Source of the DNA: Corallococcus sp.
GTDB taxonomy: Bacteria; Bacillota; Clostridia; Christensenellales; CAG-314
Direction of reading: 5' to 3'
Length of the DNA stretch: 64,000 bases
Assembly (NCBI GenBank): GCA_023667435.1
Contig: JAMPAB010000001.1
Coordinates: 21,960 to 85,959 of the forward strand
Under the pieces are notes generated by a model. That model was not told where the DNA came from. It was given only the letters and a program-made list of their open reading frames with translations, and did not search any database. The stretch's first letter is position 1; each line of letters opens with the position of its first letter. Of this stretch, positions 36,966 to 47,201 are shown piece by piece. Both the position numbers and the translations under genes were made by a program.

Positions 36966-39316
36966 TCAGCGCCACCTCTCGATACTTTATTCTTTCCGTT
37001 GCGCGCTTTTTTACAGGCGCGATACTGCTTAAATAACGTCCAGACGTTTTTTATAATACTGCCGTTAAGCATCTTGACGACGGTGTCCAGCATATCCAAA
37101 GAAAAACCGTCCGATACAAACGAACGTAACGGCATTGCCATCGCGTAACGTTTATCTTCCGAATTTAACGACTTCGTCAATATTCTTATCAATATCTTGC
37201 CTGCTATATTGACGTTTGCGTCTTCCAAAGGAGAACTGATCCCTATCGTTTTAGAATCCTCCGTCAATTCTCTGCCGTACAAGGCAAGAAAATCTTCATC
37301 GGAAGGGTTAAAAGCTCCGTCTACGTTGTAATATGCGGCTAAGTTTTCCGACTCGTCCGTCGTATCGTTATCGCCAGATACCGCGTATTCCAAAACAAAA
37401 TGATCGTCGCGGCAGTCTCTGCCCACCGTAAACAAGTATTTACCGCCGTTTACGCAGAACTTGCCTTTGTCAACGTCGTAAATTGCAAGCTCGGCAATGG
37501 GAACGGCAACGCTTACCGTTTTCTTTTCGCCTGCTTTCAGACGGACTTTCGTAAATCCGACAAGCCGTTTCTTCTCGCAAAACGTTCGCGCGTCGACGTT
37601 TGTAGAATAAACTTGCACTACCTCGCTATCCGCTTTGTCGCCTTTATTTTCCAACGTTATCGAAACGGAAATTTTGGATTTGTCCCTCGAACCGCTGATA
37701 GACGGAGAAGACCACTTGATGTCGTTATACGACAATCCGTACCCGAAAGGAAACGCAACGGGAACGTCGGCAGTCACGCAATATCTGTACCCGACGTATA
37801 TGCTTTCCTTATACAGCCTGCGCTTGTAGCCGCAGTCGCCGTTCAAATAATCCGGCAAATCCGAATACCACGTTTCGGCAAGTCTGCCCGACGGACAAAC
37901 GTCGCCGAAAATAACGTCGAACGTCGCCCGACCGCTATGTTCGCCGCCGTAGTAGTCGATCAACATTGCTTTCGCCGCGCCCGACCACGATACGTCAACG
38001 CTCGACCCCGATTGAAGAACTATAACTACGTTACTGTTGGCGGACGTTACCGCGTCTATTACGCGCAGCTGCGCTTTCGGCAAACCGTAATCCGCGCGGT
38101 CGCGTTCCTCTCTGTCTGCCTTGTCTCCCACAAACAAAATTACTTTGTCGTATTTCTGCGCCGTATTGACGGCTTCGTCCACGAGGTTCTCGTTCTCCTC
38201 TCCGTCAAGCGCGTAACCCTGCGCGTAAGCATACTTGATATCCGCGCCGTCAAGCGCAGACAGGAAATTGTCCGTTTTGTAAGCGTTTACTTTACTGCTG
38301 CCTCCGCCCTGAAATACGGGGGTTTCCGCCAAAGCTCCTATTACCGCTATTTCGTCGGTTTTCTTTAAAGGAAGCAACTTGCAGTTGTTTTTGACTAAAA
38401 CGGTACACTCCGCAGAAATTTTGCGGCACGCTTCGTGTTGATAATCGTAATCTACTCCGCGCGGCGCCGAATTGTCGAATTTGCGCGAAAGCGCTATTAC
38501 ACGGTCGCATACTCCGTCCAAAACGGAAACGTCCAGCTCGGAATTTTCCACTGCGGAAGCAACCTTACGTACGTCGCCCTGAGGCATTTCCAAATCGAGT
38601 CCCGAATTTAATCCTTTCGCTCTGTCGTCCGTAGCGCCCCAGTCGGATACCGTCAATCCTTTAAAACCCCACTCGCCGCGCAATATATCCGTCAGCAGCC
38701 GTTTGTCCTGAGAGCAGTATTCTCCGTTTAATTTGTTGTAAGAACACATAACGGCGCAGGGTTCGGACTTCTTTATTACTCTTTCGAAGGCGTTAAGATA
38801 TATTTCGCGTAAAGCTCGTTCGTCTACAACGCTATCCGATACCATCCGTCCGTATTCGTAATTGTTCGCCGCAAAATGCTTCAGGCACACGCCTACGTTT
38901 TGACTGTTAACGCCGGCTATATATGCGTTAGCAAGTTCCGCCGTCAAAAACGGATCTTCGGAAAAATATTCGAAATTCCTTCCGCAACGCGGATCTCGCT
39001 TGATATTTATTCCCGGCGCGAGTAACACGTCTACGCCTTCGGCGCGGCATTGTTCGCCGACAGCCGTTCCTACGCTGCGTAACAGATCCGGATCGAAACT
39101 GCACGAAAGCTTTGCAACGGAAGGAAATGCAACGGCGGGCAAAGTTTTGCCGTCTTGCATTTTTCTTAAACCGACTGGGCCGTCGGCAAAAGTCACAGAA
39201 CGGACTTTTAGTTTTTCTATCGGCGCCGTATTCCAACAGCCGAATCCCGTTTGCAGCGAGATTTTTTCCTCTGTCGTAAGTAAAGCGGTTAAATTGTTTT
39301 CTGTTTGTTTCGTCAT
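36962..39316 (-). CDS. bglX: GH3 beta-glucosidase.
   Basis: The GH3 N-terminal domain contains DPRCGRNFEYFSEDP and the nucleophile context GFKGLTVSDWGA. A C-terminal alpha/beta domain and an FnIII-like domain follow. No signal peptide was seen. Confidence 0.88.
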   Translation of the reverse strand: MTKQTENNLTALLTTEEKISLQTGFGCWNTAPIEKLKVRSVTFADGPVGLRKMQDGKTLPAVAFPSVAKLSCSFDPDLLRSVGTAVGEQCRAEGVDVLLAPGINIKRDPRCGRNFEYFSEDPFLTAELANAYIAGVNSQNVGVCLKHFAANNYEYGRMVSDSVVDERALREIYLNAFERVIKKSEPCAVMCSYNKLNGEYCSQDKRLLTDILRGEWGFKGLTVSDWGATDDRAKGLNSGLDLEMPQGDVRKVASAVENSELDVSVLDGVCDRVIALSRKFDNSAPRGVDYDYQHEACRKISAECTVLVKNNCKLLPLKKTDEIAVIGALAETPVFQGGGSSKVNAYKTDNFLSALDGADIKYAYAQGYALDGEENENLVDEAVNTAQKYDKVILFVGDKADREERDRADYGLPKAQLRVIDAVTSANSNVVIVLQSGSSVDVSWSGAAKAMLIDYYGGEHSGRATFDVIFGDVCPSGRLAETWYSDLPDYLNGDCGYKRRLYKESIYVGYRYCVTADVPVAFPFGYGLSYNDIKWSSPSISGSRDKSKISVSITLENKGDKADSEVVQVYSTNVDARTFCEKKRLVGFTKVRLKAGEKKTVSVAVPIAELAIYDVDKGKFCVNGGKYLFTVGRDCRDDHFVLEYAVSGDNDTTDESENLAAYYNVDGAFNPSDEDFLALYGRELTEDSKTIGISSPLEDANVNIAGKILIRILTKSLNSEDKRYAMAMPLRSFVSDGFSLDMLDTVVKMLNGSIIKNVWTLFKQYRACKKARNGKNKVSRGGAE

Positions 39317-39390
39317 TAAGACCTCTCGTTATCCGAACGTCGTTTGTAAAACGCCGCATAACCGACAACGTATATTTCTACTTATACAAT

Positions 39391-39419
39391 ATTATACAAT
39401 GTTTGTTCCGCTTTGTCTA
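39391..39419 (-). promoter_or_regulatory. Possible promoter for the GH3-galM string.
   Basis: On the minus strand: TAGACA, a 17-nt spacer, TATAAT. Confidence 0.4.
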
Positions 39420-39719
39420 TTGCTAATTCGATTTGAATGAAAATATTGTTTGATTTTGAAAACACGTCCGACGCAAAATGCTCTGCCGCCGCGACGCGTA
39501 TTACGGTAAACGCAAATCAAACGTTAAAATGCAGATACGTCGAAAATGCTTAACGCATCATATGACTCTCGCCGTTTTTTACCGTTCGCAAAAGAACCGA
39601 ACTGCTTACAAAAAAATGAGATTACGCAACCGTTAATTGATTGTTTAATAATCGGAGGTGTGTTATACTGTAATGCATAAGGCGACGTTCGAACGGATCA
39701 TCGCTATCAGGAGGCAATT

Positions 39720-41054
39720 ATGTATAAATTTAAAAAAGGATTCTATGCCGACGTACGTATAGAAGACCGCTTTGCAACAACAATAAGATTGCAAAACGGT
39801 CAATTGCACGAAGCGAAAGAAACCGTCGAGAAAAAAGCGTTTATCCGCGTGTTCGACGGAAAAATGTGGTATTATACGTCTACAAGCGACGTTGCCAACG
39901 TACAGAAATCGCTTGACGAGCTTTACGGATACGCGCAAGCTAACGGCGATATAGACAAAAACCCTATCGTGCGCAAATATCAAACGAACAAGGACAAAAT
40001 CTTCCGTTTCGTAAACAACTCGGTAAAAAAGATTCCTCTGCAGCAAAAGCTGGAGCTTATAGCTTCGACGTCGGAAAGAATGAAATCGGATTTGTGCAAC
40101 TTTACAAGCGCGCAATATCTCGACAGATATTCGACGTACGAATTCTATTCCAGCAAGGGCGCGGATATTACGTACGATTTCCAAACATGCGGCGTAGCTT
40201 ACAATATGGCGTTTAGTTACAAAGAAGAAAACTTGCAGGAGCAGTTATCCAAATGCGAAACGTCTTTCGAAAAATTAGCGTACGACGACGGCGAACTGCG
40301 CGAATTCCTGACACGATGCGAAGATTACGTTAAAAACGCGGAACCCGTCGCGGCGGGAAGTTATCCCGTAGTTCTCGCTCCCGTAGGTACGGGCGTATTC
40401 GCGCACGAAAGCTTCGGTCACAAGTCGGAATCGGACTTTATGTTAGGCGACGAAGCTATGGCTAAGGAATGGACCATAGGCAAAAAGGTAGGCAGCGATA
40501 TCCTGACCATACGCGAAACGGGCGTATTCGAAGGCAGCGGTTACGTACCGTACGACGACGAAGGAACGAAGGCAACCGATACTTATCTTATTAAGAACGG
40601 CGTGCTTGCGGGCAGACTTCACAGCGCCGCTACCGCCGCCGCGCTCGGCGAAGAGGTGACGGGCAACGCACGCGCAATAAATTGCGATTACGAACCCATC
40701 GTACGTATGACGAGCACGTTCATCGAAGCGGGAAAAGACAGCTTCGAGGAATTGATTAAACCCATTAAACACGGTTACTACGTTTATTCCATAAAGCACG
40801 GTTCGGGAATGTCTACTTTCACCATCGCGCCGAATATCGCTTACGAAATCAACAACGGCAAAATCGGCAAACCCGTAAAAATCGCGGTACTTACCGGCAA
40901 CGTATTCGAAACGCTCGGACTCATCGACGGCATAGGCAACGACAGACGGTTGCTCAGCTTCGTTACGGGCGGCTGCGGCAAAATGGAACAGTATCCGTTA
41001 AACGTCGGTTTGGGCGGACCGCATATCAGAGTAAGCAAGATGAACGTTCAATAA
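39720..41054 (+). CDS. tldD: TldD-family metalloprotease.
   Basis: The metal motif AHESFGHKSE (HExxxH class of TldD) and a C-terminal GxC region (TGGCGKMEQ) are present. The RBS is AGGAGG. Confidence 0.85.
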   Translation: MYKFKKGFYADVRIEDRFATTIRLQNGQLHEAKETVEKKAFIRVFDGKMWYYTSTSDVANVQKSLDELYGYAQANGDIDKNPIVRKYQTNKDKIFRFVNNSVKKIPLQQKLELIASTSERMKSDLCNFTSAQYLDRYSTYEFYSSKGADITYDFQTCGVAYNMAFSYKEENLQEQLSKCETSFEKLAYDDGELREFLTRCEDYVKNAEPVAAGSYPVVLAPVGTGVFAHESFGHKSESDFMLGDEAMAKEWTIGKKVGSDILTIRETGVFEGSGYVPYDDEGTKATDTYLIKNGVLAGRLHSAATAAALGEEVTGNARAINCDYEPIVRMTSTFIEAGKDSFEELIKPIKHGYYVYSIKHGSGMSTFTIAPNIAYEINNGKIGKPVKIAVLTGNVFETLGLIDGIGNDRRLLSFVTGGCGKMEQYPLNVGLGGPHIRVSKMNVQ

Positions 41055-41190
41055 TCCGTCGGCGTACAATCGCAAGGCGGCAAAACGCGCGCTGCGGTTA
41101 CGTTCGAAGCGACGCGAATATGCGTTTTTCTTCCCTTTCCTGCAAGTAAAAATATGCAGGGCTATCAATACAAATTACACGGAGTATATA

Positions 41191-42420
41191 ATGAAAACAG
41201 AAAAAATAGTACGTAAAGAATCGTCAAGATGTATCAACGTTACCGCAAGCAAAGTGGAATCGTTGCGCATCAACAGCAACCTCGAAAATACGTTGCGCGT
41301 ATACGACAACGGAATGATAGGAGTAGAAGGCAGACTGGGCAACGCGGATTTTTCCGAAATGGAAAAAGCGGCTATTGCCAAACTTTCGCAGGGAATACCC
41401 TATCCCGAAACGCACGACGAAGCGAAAACCGTCGACATAGACGCTACGAAGCATATCTTCGACGAAAAAGAATTTATCCCCAAAATCTCCGCTTTGCTCG
41501 ACCGCTTGCAAAGAGAAAACCCCGAATTCTTATTCAGCAACAAGGTGTTTTTGGATAGCTCGGAATGCTCTTACGAAAACAGCGATGGAACTAATCTTTC
41601 GTATAAAGGAAATCAATTCGCGTTCGGTTTGGTTATCAAATATAAAGGTTCCGCAAATATTATGGACGAATCGGTAAGCGGCGAAGGCGATTACTTTAAC
41701 GAGGACGAAATCTGCCGCGACGCAAAAAGAATATGCGACGCGTTTCTTAACAAACTGCCGCAAGTCGAAGACGACGAAGTAACGGTTATAGGCAGCTTCG
41801 AACCGCTGTCATACGCAATACAGCACTTTGTGGCGGATTTATATTTTAACAAAGCGTCGCTGCTTGACGGAAAACTCGGTCAAAAGATATTCAACGAAAA
41901 ATTTAACGTCCTTGTAGATCGCAGTCCCGAAAAACAGCTTAATATTCCGTTCTTCGATACGGAGGGCGTAGTTAACGACAACTATGCAAACTATATCGTC
42001 AAAGACGGCGTATTGACAACGCTTATTTCCGACAAAAAATCATCCGCGCAATACGGTTGCGCAAACTTAGGCTCCGCCGACGCCCCGTATAACGGAGTTC
42101 CCTCCGCAGGAATGGGCGGATTCGACGTTGCCTGCACGGCAAGCGACTTGTCCAAGCTGGTAAAAGGGAAAGCGGTATATCTTTCCAACACGGGAGGAGG
42201 AGACATGACTACGTCGGGAGACATAAGCATACCGTCTATCGTGTCGTACCTGTACGAGGACGGCAAACTTGTAGGTAAACTGCCCGAGTTCACCGTGACG
42301 GGAAATTTCTTCGATATTTTCGGAAAAGACTTCGTAGGCGTATGCGAAAACGGACTGTTCGAATACGGCAAACACAAATACTTCGTATACAAGGCAAAAC
42401 TGGTAAATAAAGCGAAATAA
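41191..42420 (+). CDS. pmbA: PmbA/TldE-family partner protein.
   Basis: It shows the same fold family as TldD but has no HExxxH motif. It sits directly downstream of tldD. Confidence 0.75.
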   Translation: MKTEKIVRKESSRCINVTASKVESLRINSNLENTLRVYDNGMIGVEGRLGNADFSEMEKAAIAKLSQGIPYPETHDEAKTVDIDATKHIFDEKEFIPKISALLDRLQRENPEFLFSNKVFLDSSECSYENSDGTNLSYKGNQFAFGLVIKYKGSANIMDESVSGEGDYFNEDEICRDAKRICDAFLNKLPQVEDDEVTVIGSFEPLSYAIQHFVADLYFNKASLLDGKLGQKIFNEKFNVLVDRSPEKQLNIPFFDTEGVVNDNYANYIVKDGVLTTLISDKKSSAQYGCANLGSADAPYNGVPSAGMGGFDVACTASDLSKLVKGKAVYLSNTGGGDMTTSGDISIPSIVSYLYEDGKLVGKLPEFTVTGNFFDIFGKDFVGVCENGLFEYGKHKYFVYKAKLVNKAK

Positions 42421-42440
42421 ATTTTTAAAACGGTTAAAAT

Positions 42441-42478
42441 AAGAACAGGCTGTCGCTTTACAACGGCAGCCTGTTCTT
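42441..42478. terminator. Hairpin between the convergent pmbA and cvpA genes.
   Basis: AAGAACAGGCTG-14 nt-CAGCCTGTTCTT, a perfect 12-bp stem with weak T/A tracts on both sides. Confidence 0.5.
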
Positions 42479-42611
42479 ATTATATAACGCACACGGCAAT
42501 ATTTATCTCGATACTCTACTCTCAACGCTATGCGTTGTATAACTGTAGTCAGACGTAGTTAAACGTCGTTAATTGCTGTCGAGTTTTTTAGCGCAACTTA
42601 AAATGTCCTGT

Positions 42612-43130
42612 TTATATTACGGCAGACACGGTCTTGTATATAATATCGATTATCCAGTCTCCGAAAAAGTTGTTTGCGTAAACGGTCTTGATTATAACGC
42701 TGTTCGCCAACTGTTCGTCTACGATTTCTTTGAGTTGCGGAAAGAAATCCTCTCCCGTCCGATTGAAAAACGCGACGAACACCGCAACCACCGCATACGA
42801 AATAACAACGCCCAAAACCATACCCAAAACCTTGTCGATAGCTTTCATCAGTTTGATGTTCTTAAACGGCTTCTTGACAAAGTGCGATATTATTCCGTAA
42901 ACGACAGACAGGACTATCGCAGTGGAAAAAATGGACGCGAGCGACAAAATCCGCGTATCGGTAATAACCGCGCTCAACCACTGCTGCGGAAACCGAAAAA
43001 GATACGACGTACCGATTACTATCACGAACACTCCCAACAGCGCCATAAGCTGATTGATAAATCCACGTATCAAACCCGCCACCAAGCCTATTGCAAATAT
43101 TGCTATTATTACGTAATCTATAATTTGCAT
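42612..43130 (-). CDS. cvpA: CvpA-family membrane protein.
   Basis: The N-terminus IDYVIIAIFAIGLVAGLIRGFINQL and about 4 TM segments are typical of the CvpA family. Confidence 0.8.
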   Translation of the reverse strand: MQIIDYVIIAIFAIGLVAGLIRGFINQLMALLGVFVIVIGTSYLFRFPQQWLSAVITDTRILSLASIFSTAIVLSVVYGIISHFVKKPFKNIKLMKAIDKVLGMVLGVVISYAVVAVFVAFFNRTGEDFFPQLKEIVDEQLANSVIIKTVYANNFFGDWIIDIIYKTVSAVI

Positions 43131-43140
43131 TTGTTCCTCC

Positions 43141-44100
43141 TTATTCGTTCCCGAAACCGATATTTATCGATCCCGTACCGACGTTTACCGTTAAAAGTTT
43201 GGGACGAGACTGATTGTCTTCATTTTCTATATTCGACGAACCCGTTCCATGCTTTACGTTTATCCGATATTCGTTTTTGTCTGCTTCGACCGTTCCCGTA
43301 ACGCTGCCCGTGTCTGCGCTTAATCTTATTTCGGAAGCGCTGCTTTTAAAGCGGATACTGCCCGTATCGGTCGTTATATTAAGACGCTGCGATTTCGCGT
43401 TGCAATTAACAGACCCTGTGTCTGTTTCCAGAATTACCGTAATCGCATCGGAATCGGAAATATTTATCGAGCCAGTATCCGTAGTCGCCTGCAATAAATC
43501 GCACGTCAACTTTTCGATACGAACCGAGCCCGTTCCTACTTCTGCGCACAGCGCATCCGAAAGGCATACGTTTGTTGCCGCTACCGAGCCCGTGTTTATC
43601 TTGCAATTAAATGCGGACAAGTTTACGTCGTTTACGCTTACGTTTCCGACTTCGGAATCGACTGCAAGCTCAACGTCGGTAAATTCCTTTGTTTGCGGAA
43701 CGTATAATGCAATAAAGCGATTGTTGTTAAACAGATTAAACAGGAAAAACCGATTTCCCGAGTGTCCGTCTTCTTCCGTAATACAAAGCGTGTGTTGGGA
43801 GTCATCGACCGTCAAAGTCGCATCGCCCTGCAACGGCGACACGTATTTCACCGATAAAGCGCCGTCGGAACTGGGAAGTATATAAACGGAATAGCTGTCG
43901 ACACGTATATCGATTTTTTCCAAATCCGCAAGTTCGTCCGCTTGATAATCTTTTTGCGTATTTGCCGAATCGAGATTGTGAGAAAAACCGTACGTCATAA
44001 TATCTCTCAGCGCTTCTCCGCCGAATATGCCCACAATTACCAAACCTATTATTACCAAAATCACGCCTATTGACACGAACACCGCAGCTACTTTTTTCAT
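43141..44100 (-). CDS. DUF4097-type protein, membrane-anchored with a beta-helical repeat region.
   Basis: An N-terminal TM segment is followed by seven repeats of the (D/G)TGS(V/I) motif at regular spacing. Confidence 0.7.
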   Translation of the reverse strand: MKKVAAVFVSIGVILVIIGLVIVGIFGGEALRDIMTYGFSHNLDSANTQKDYQADELADLEKIDIRVDSYSVYILPSSDGALSVKYVSPLQGDATLTVDDSQHTLCITEEDGHSGNRFFLFNLFNNNRFIALYVPQTKEFTDVELAVDSEVGNVSVNDVNLSAFNCKINTGSVAATNVCLSDALCAEVGTGSVRIEKLTCDLLQATTDTGSINISDSDAITVILETDTGSVNCNAKSQRLNITTDTGSIRFKSSASEIRLSADTGSVTGTVEADKNEYRINVKHGTGSSNIENEDNQSRPKLLTVNVGTGSINIGFGNE

Positions 44101-45119
44101 CTCGACGTCTCCTCGCTTTCAAAGCTGTTTTTGATGTTTATGGCAAACGACTTACACATATTGAAGCACGGTTTAAACAGCGCCGCCATACCGAACGTAC
44201 AAATGAGACCCAGTCCGACCTGCGCAAACGCCGCGCCTAAAACGACCATATTTACGCCCTCGCTTGCTCCCGACAACGCGGAAGCGACGAACGTCGCCGC
44301 GCCCGAACACAGCATTCCTATGCCGCTCGCAAACAAACTCAGCACCGCGCCCCATACGGCAAACGCCACAAATACCAGCGCGACAGTCTTGAGGATTGAC
44401 GCAACCAGCGAAGATTTCCCGCCGCTCTTAACCCTTTTACCGCTGCTTTGTCCGTTGTCGGAAAATTCGGATTGAACGCCGTCGTTGCGTTCTTTGCCGC
44501 CCGTTTTATTTGACGAACCGTCGTTTTTCGATACGAAATTTCCCAAAACGTAATAAATGGGAATGGTAAGAAACAAGACCCACGTGGGATGCCACTTATG
44601 CCCGTAAAAACCGACTAGCAAATATACAAACGCTACTAATACGGGATAAGCAAAAATTCGGTAGTTGCGCCGAGTTATTGCCTGAACAAGCGTTATTACG
44701 CAAGGCAGCAGCAAAAATATTAACCAACCCGGATGCCACAAATCGAAGCACGCGCCTAAAACGCAATACGCCAACACGGCGATAAGCGTTGCCAAGCCGC
44801 CGACGGACATTGCGCCTTTTTTCTTTTTCTTCGTATCCTCGTCCGATTCGTCGAAAGTTTCGTCAATATCGTCCGAATCGGCGTAAATGTATTCGTCTAC
44901 TTCGGGATTTTCCTTATCTCTGTTAAAATAATCGACCAGAATTTTGTTGGCAACGTCGTAAGGATTACCGAATTCCGAAATTATATACTGTTCGCGAAGA
45001 CCCGCGTCGATTTTGTCGGCAAACAACTCGTTGTAATAATCGAGCACGCGTTGCTGCTCCGATTTCGGCAAACCCGATATGCCTTTTTTAAGCTGTCTCT
45101 CCCATTCATATTTTGTCAT
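44097..45119 (-). CDS. DUF1700-type membrane protein.
   Basis: The N-terminus MTKYEWERQLKKGISGLPKSEQQRVLDYYNELFADK matches the DUF1700 pattern. An acidic linker and two blocks of TM helices follow. Confidence 0.7.
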   Translation of the reverse strand: MTKYEWERQLKKGISGLPKSEQQRVLDYYNELFADKIDAGLREQYIISEFGNPYDVANKILVDYFNRDKENPEVDEYIYADSDDIDETFDESDEDTKKKKKGAMSVGGLATLIAVLAYCVLGACFDLWHPGWLIFLLLPCVITLVQAITRRNYRIFAYPVLVAFVYLLVGFYGHKWHPTWVLFLTIPIYYVLGNFVSKNDGSSNKTGGKERNDGVQSEFSDNGQSSGKRVKSGGKSSLVASILKTVALVFVAFAVWGAVLSLFASGIGMLCSGAATFVASALSGASEGVNMVVLGAAFAQVGLGLICTFGMAALFKPCFNMCKSFAINIKNSFESEETSR

Positions 45120-45121
45120 AT

Positions 45122-45460
45122 TCAGTCTCCTTTACGAATAAAATCGGACAATCTGTTAAGTTCGTTTATATCCGACAAAAAGCTTTTAATCTTAGCTACG
45201 CCCTGCGACGTTATACGGTAATACTTGCGCAACCGCCCGTTATACTCCTTTGTGCGCGTAAGCAGACAGCCGTTGCTTTCCAAGCGTTTCAGTATAGGGT
45301 ACAACGTAGATTCGGATATTTCGATATACGGCGAAATGTCGCTTATTATCTTGTAACCGTAGGATTCCTCCTTACGAAGCGCCGCAAGCACGAACACTTC
45401 CAAAAACCCTTTTTTTAATTGAGCATCCACGTATATACCCCTTTGCTTCATTGTTGACAA
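45122..45460 (-). CDS. PadR-family transcriptional regulator.
   Basis: The winged-helix pattern LEVFVLAALRKEESYGYKIISDI...STLYPILKRLESNGCL...GRLRKYYRIT was read. Confidence 0.85.
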   Translation of the reverse strand: MSTMKQRGIYVDAQLKKGFLEVFVLAALRKEESYGYKIISDISPYIEISESTLYPILKRLESNGCLLTRTKEYNGRLRKYYRITSQGVAKIKSFLSDINELNRLSDFIRKGD

Positions 45461-45690
45461 ACGACGGAAATTTCGTCATCCGCGCGCACTTAAAAACGAC
45501 GACGTTTTTCATAAATACGCGGTTTCAACTTTTTCTAAAAGCGATTTCGGCGCGCCGCTTCCGTTTCTGCCAACCGAAGTTTTATTGCGCGAACCCGCTT
45601 AATACCTCGTTATGACTAATACTATACATTACATAGTATTGTTTGTCAAGAGTTTTATTGCATATTTTTTACAGAATTATACAATTTACA

Positions 45691-45724
45691 GAAAAAACGA
45701 AGGCGCGCCCTATAGGCGCGCCTT
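45691..45724 (-). terminator. Strong orphan terminator in a 600-nt intergenic region.
   Basis: AAGGCGCGCC-ctata-GGCGCGCCTT, followed on the minus strand by CGTTTTTTC. The nearest upstream minus-strand CDS ends at 46068. Confidence 0.5.
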
Positions 45725-46067
45725 GATAACGTGCTTTTTTACTTTGTAAACCGTTCGCCGTATCCCACGTAAATACGGTATCGAAGAAATTTTCGGAATT
45801 GTTTTTACCGTAAAAAACGTTTGCGCCGCATTGTAAAAATTCGGACGGCGCAAATTCGTATATTTTACGCATTGACCGCGTTATCTAAAAAAACTATATG
45901 CTTAGCCGTCGAAAATTTGAGTTGGGCAAGCCTACGCCGCGCATTTTGGCGTGTTTGACGCATACGACTGCAAAACGCGAGCGACTTTTCGTAACAAGAT
46001 TTCGCCGTACATTTTTGCCCGTTTCCGACGGTCTTGCGGCAAGCAAACTAAACTTGACTTTTAAGCG

Positions 46068-47195
46068 TCACCGCTCTTTAGGCGGTTTGTTTTTACTCAT
46101 AAAGGAGTAGTAACTGCATTTAATACCTGCGTTAAACAAATAACGTTTTTTGTCGGCGCGACGGGAAAAGTCGCGTTCGAAATCCCGATACGGCGACAAA
46201 AAGTAAAAATTCCAGTTGTCAAGAGTACGGAATAGCTTGCCCATATCTTTCGCCGTTTGACGCACTTCGTTTAAATCGCTCAATCGTTCGCCATACGGAG
46301 GGTTGCTTATGTTAACGCCGTAGCTCGAATTACTTTTGAACGCCTGCGCCGCGCGGATATTGAACTTGACGTACTTGTCTACTCCCGCCTGTTTTGCGTG
46401 ATAGTTGGCAATACTTACCGCCTCGTCACTTATATCCGCTCCTATAATATCGAGCGGACGGTCTACGCGAATTTGTTTCGCTTCGTCCAAAGCGGTTTTG
46501 TAGGCGCTGCCGTCAACGCAACTCCACTGTTGGTAGGCAAACGTCCTGTTCAGTCCCGGAGCTATTTTTAAAGCTTTCATTGCCGCCTCGATAGGCAGAG
46601 TTCCGCTTCCGCAAAAAATATCGGAAAAAGCCTTGTCGGGATTCCAAACGGATAAGTCGATTAACGCCGAAGCGGTAGTTTCCTTTAACGGCGCGGAGTA
46701 AGCAAGCGTTCGGTATCCGCGTTTGTGAAGACCGACTCCGCTCGTATCGAGATTGACGCGGCATACGTCATCGGTAATATCCAACTCCACCCTGTACTCG
46801 CTGCCGTCTTCGTAAAGCGTTCCGTACTTCTGCTGTAAACGTGAAACAATCGCCTTTTTTCCGACGGACTGCACCGAATGATGCGCGAACAGTTTACTGT
46901 TGACCGTTTTCGTTACGACTACAACGCGGCCGTTCTTATCTACGATTTCCTCCCAGTCGACGGAATGCACGCCTTCGAACAGTTCGTCGAAGGTTGTAGC
47001 GGAAAATTCGGCAAGATTGATCAGAACGCGTTCGCCGCTTCGCAAAAACATATTGAGACGGGCAACGTCAAGCCAATCGCAGTTATCCGAAACGATACGG
47101 CCGTTTATAGCTTTCGTGTCGGGATAGCCCAGCAAAGTAAGTTGTCTTTTTACCACCGCTTCTATGCCCGAAGCGACGGGGATAAGTAATTTCAT
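46068..47195 (-). CDS. THUMP-domain class I SAM-dependent RNA methyltransferase, resembling the RlmL N-terminal half (COG0116).
   Basis: The NPPYGERL catalytic motif and the SAM motif DIFCGSGTL are present. The start was set at the ATG at 47195 (MKLLIPVASG); the track's start is a TTG. Confidence 0.8.
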   Translation of the reverse strand: MKLLIPVASGIEAVVKRQLTLLGYPDTKAINGRIVSDNCDWLDVARLNMFLRSGERVLINLAEFSATTFDELFEGVHSVDWEEIVDKNGRVVVVTKTVNSKLFAHHSVQSVGKKAIVSRLQQKYGTLYEDGSEYRVELDITDDVCRVNLDTSGVGLHKRGYRTLAYSAPLKETTASALIDLSVWNPDKAFSDIFCGSGTLPIEAAMKALKIAPGLNRTFAYQQWSCVDGSAYKTALDEAKQIRVDRPLDIIGADISDEAVSIANYHAKQAGVDKYVKFNIRAAQAFKSNSSYGVNISNPPYGERLSDLNEVRQTAKDMGKLFRTLDNWNFYFLSPYRDFERDFSRRADKKRYLFNAGIKCSYYSFMSKNKPPKER

Positions 47196-47201
47196 ACGAC
47201 T

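Noticed and set aside
45461-46067. ORFs of 67 aa (minus) and 70 aa (plus) in the 600-nt gap between padR and the methyltransferase. An sRNA gene is also possible here.
   Set aside because: The 67-aa ORF reads straight through a strong terminator hairpin. Neither ORF has an RBS or any recognisable family resemblance. Hairpins are present (TTGCGCCG...CGGCGCAA plus a T run, and CCGTAT...ATACGG), so an sRNA or a long 3' UTR is possible. I could not define a convincing promoter, so it is left unreported as a feature apart from the terminator.
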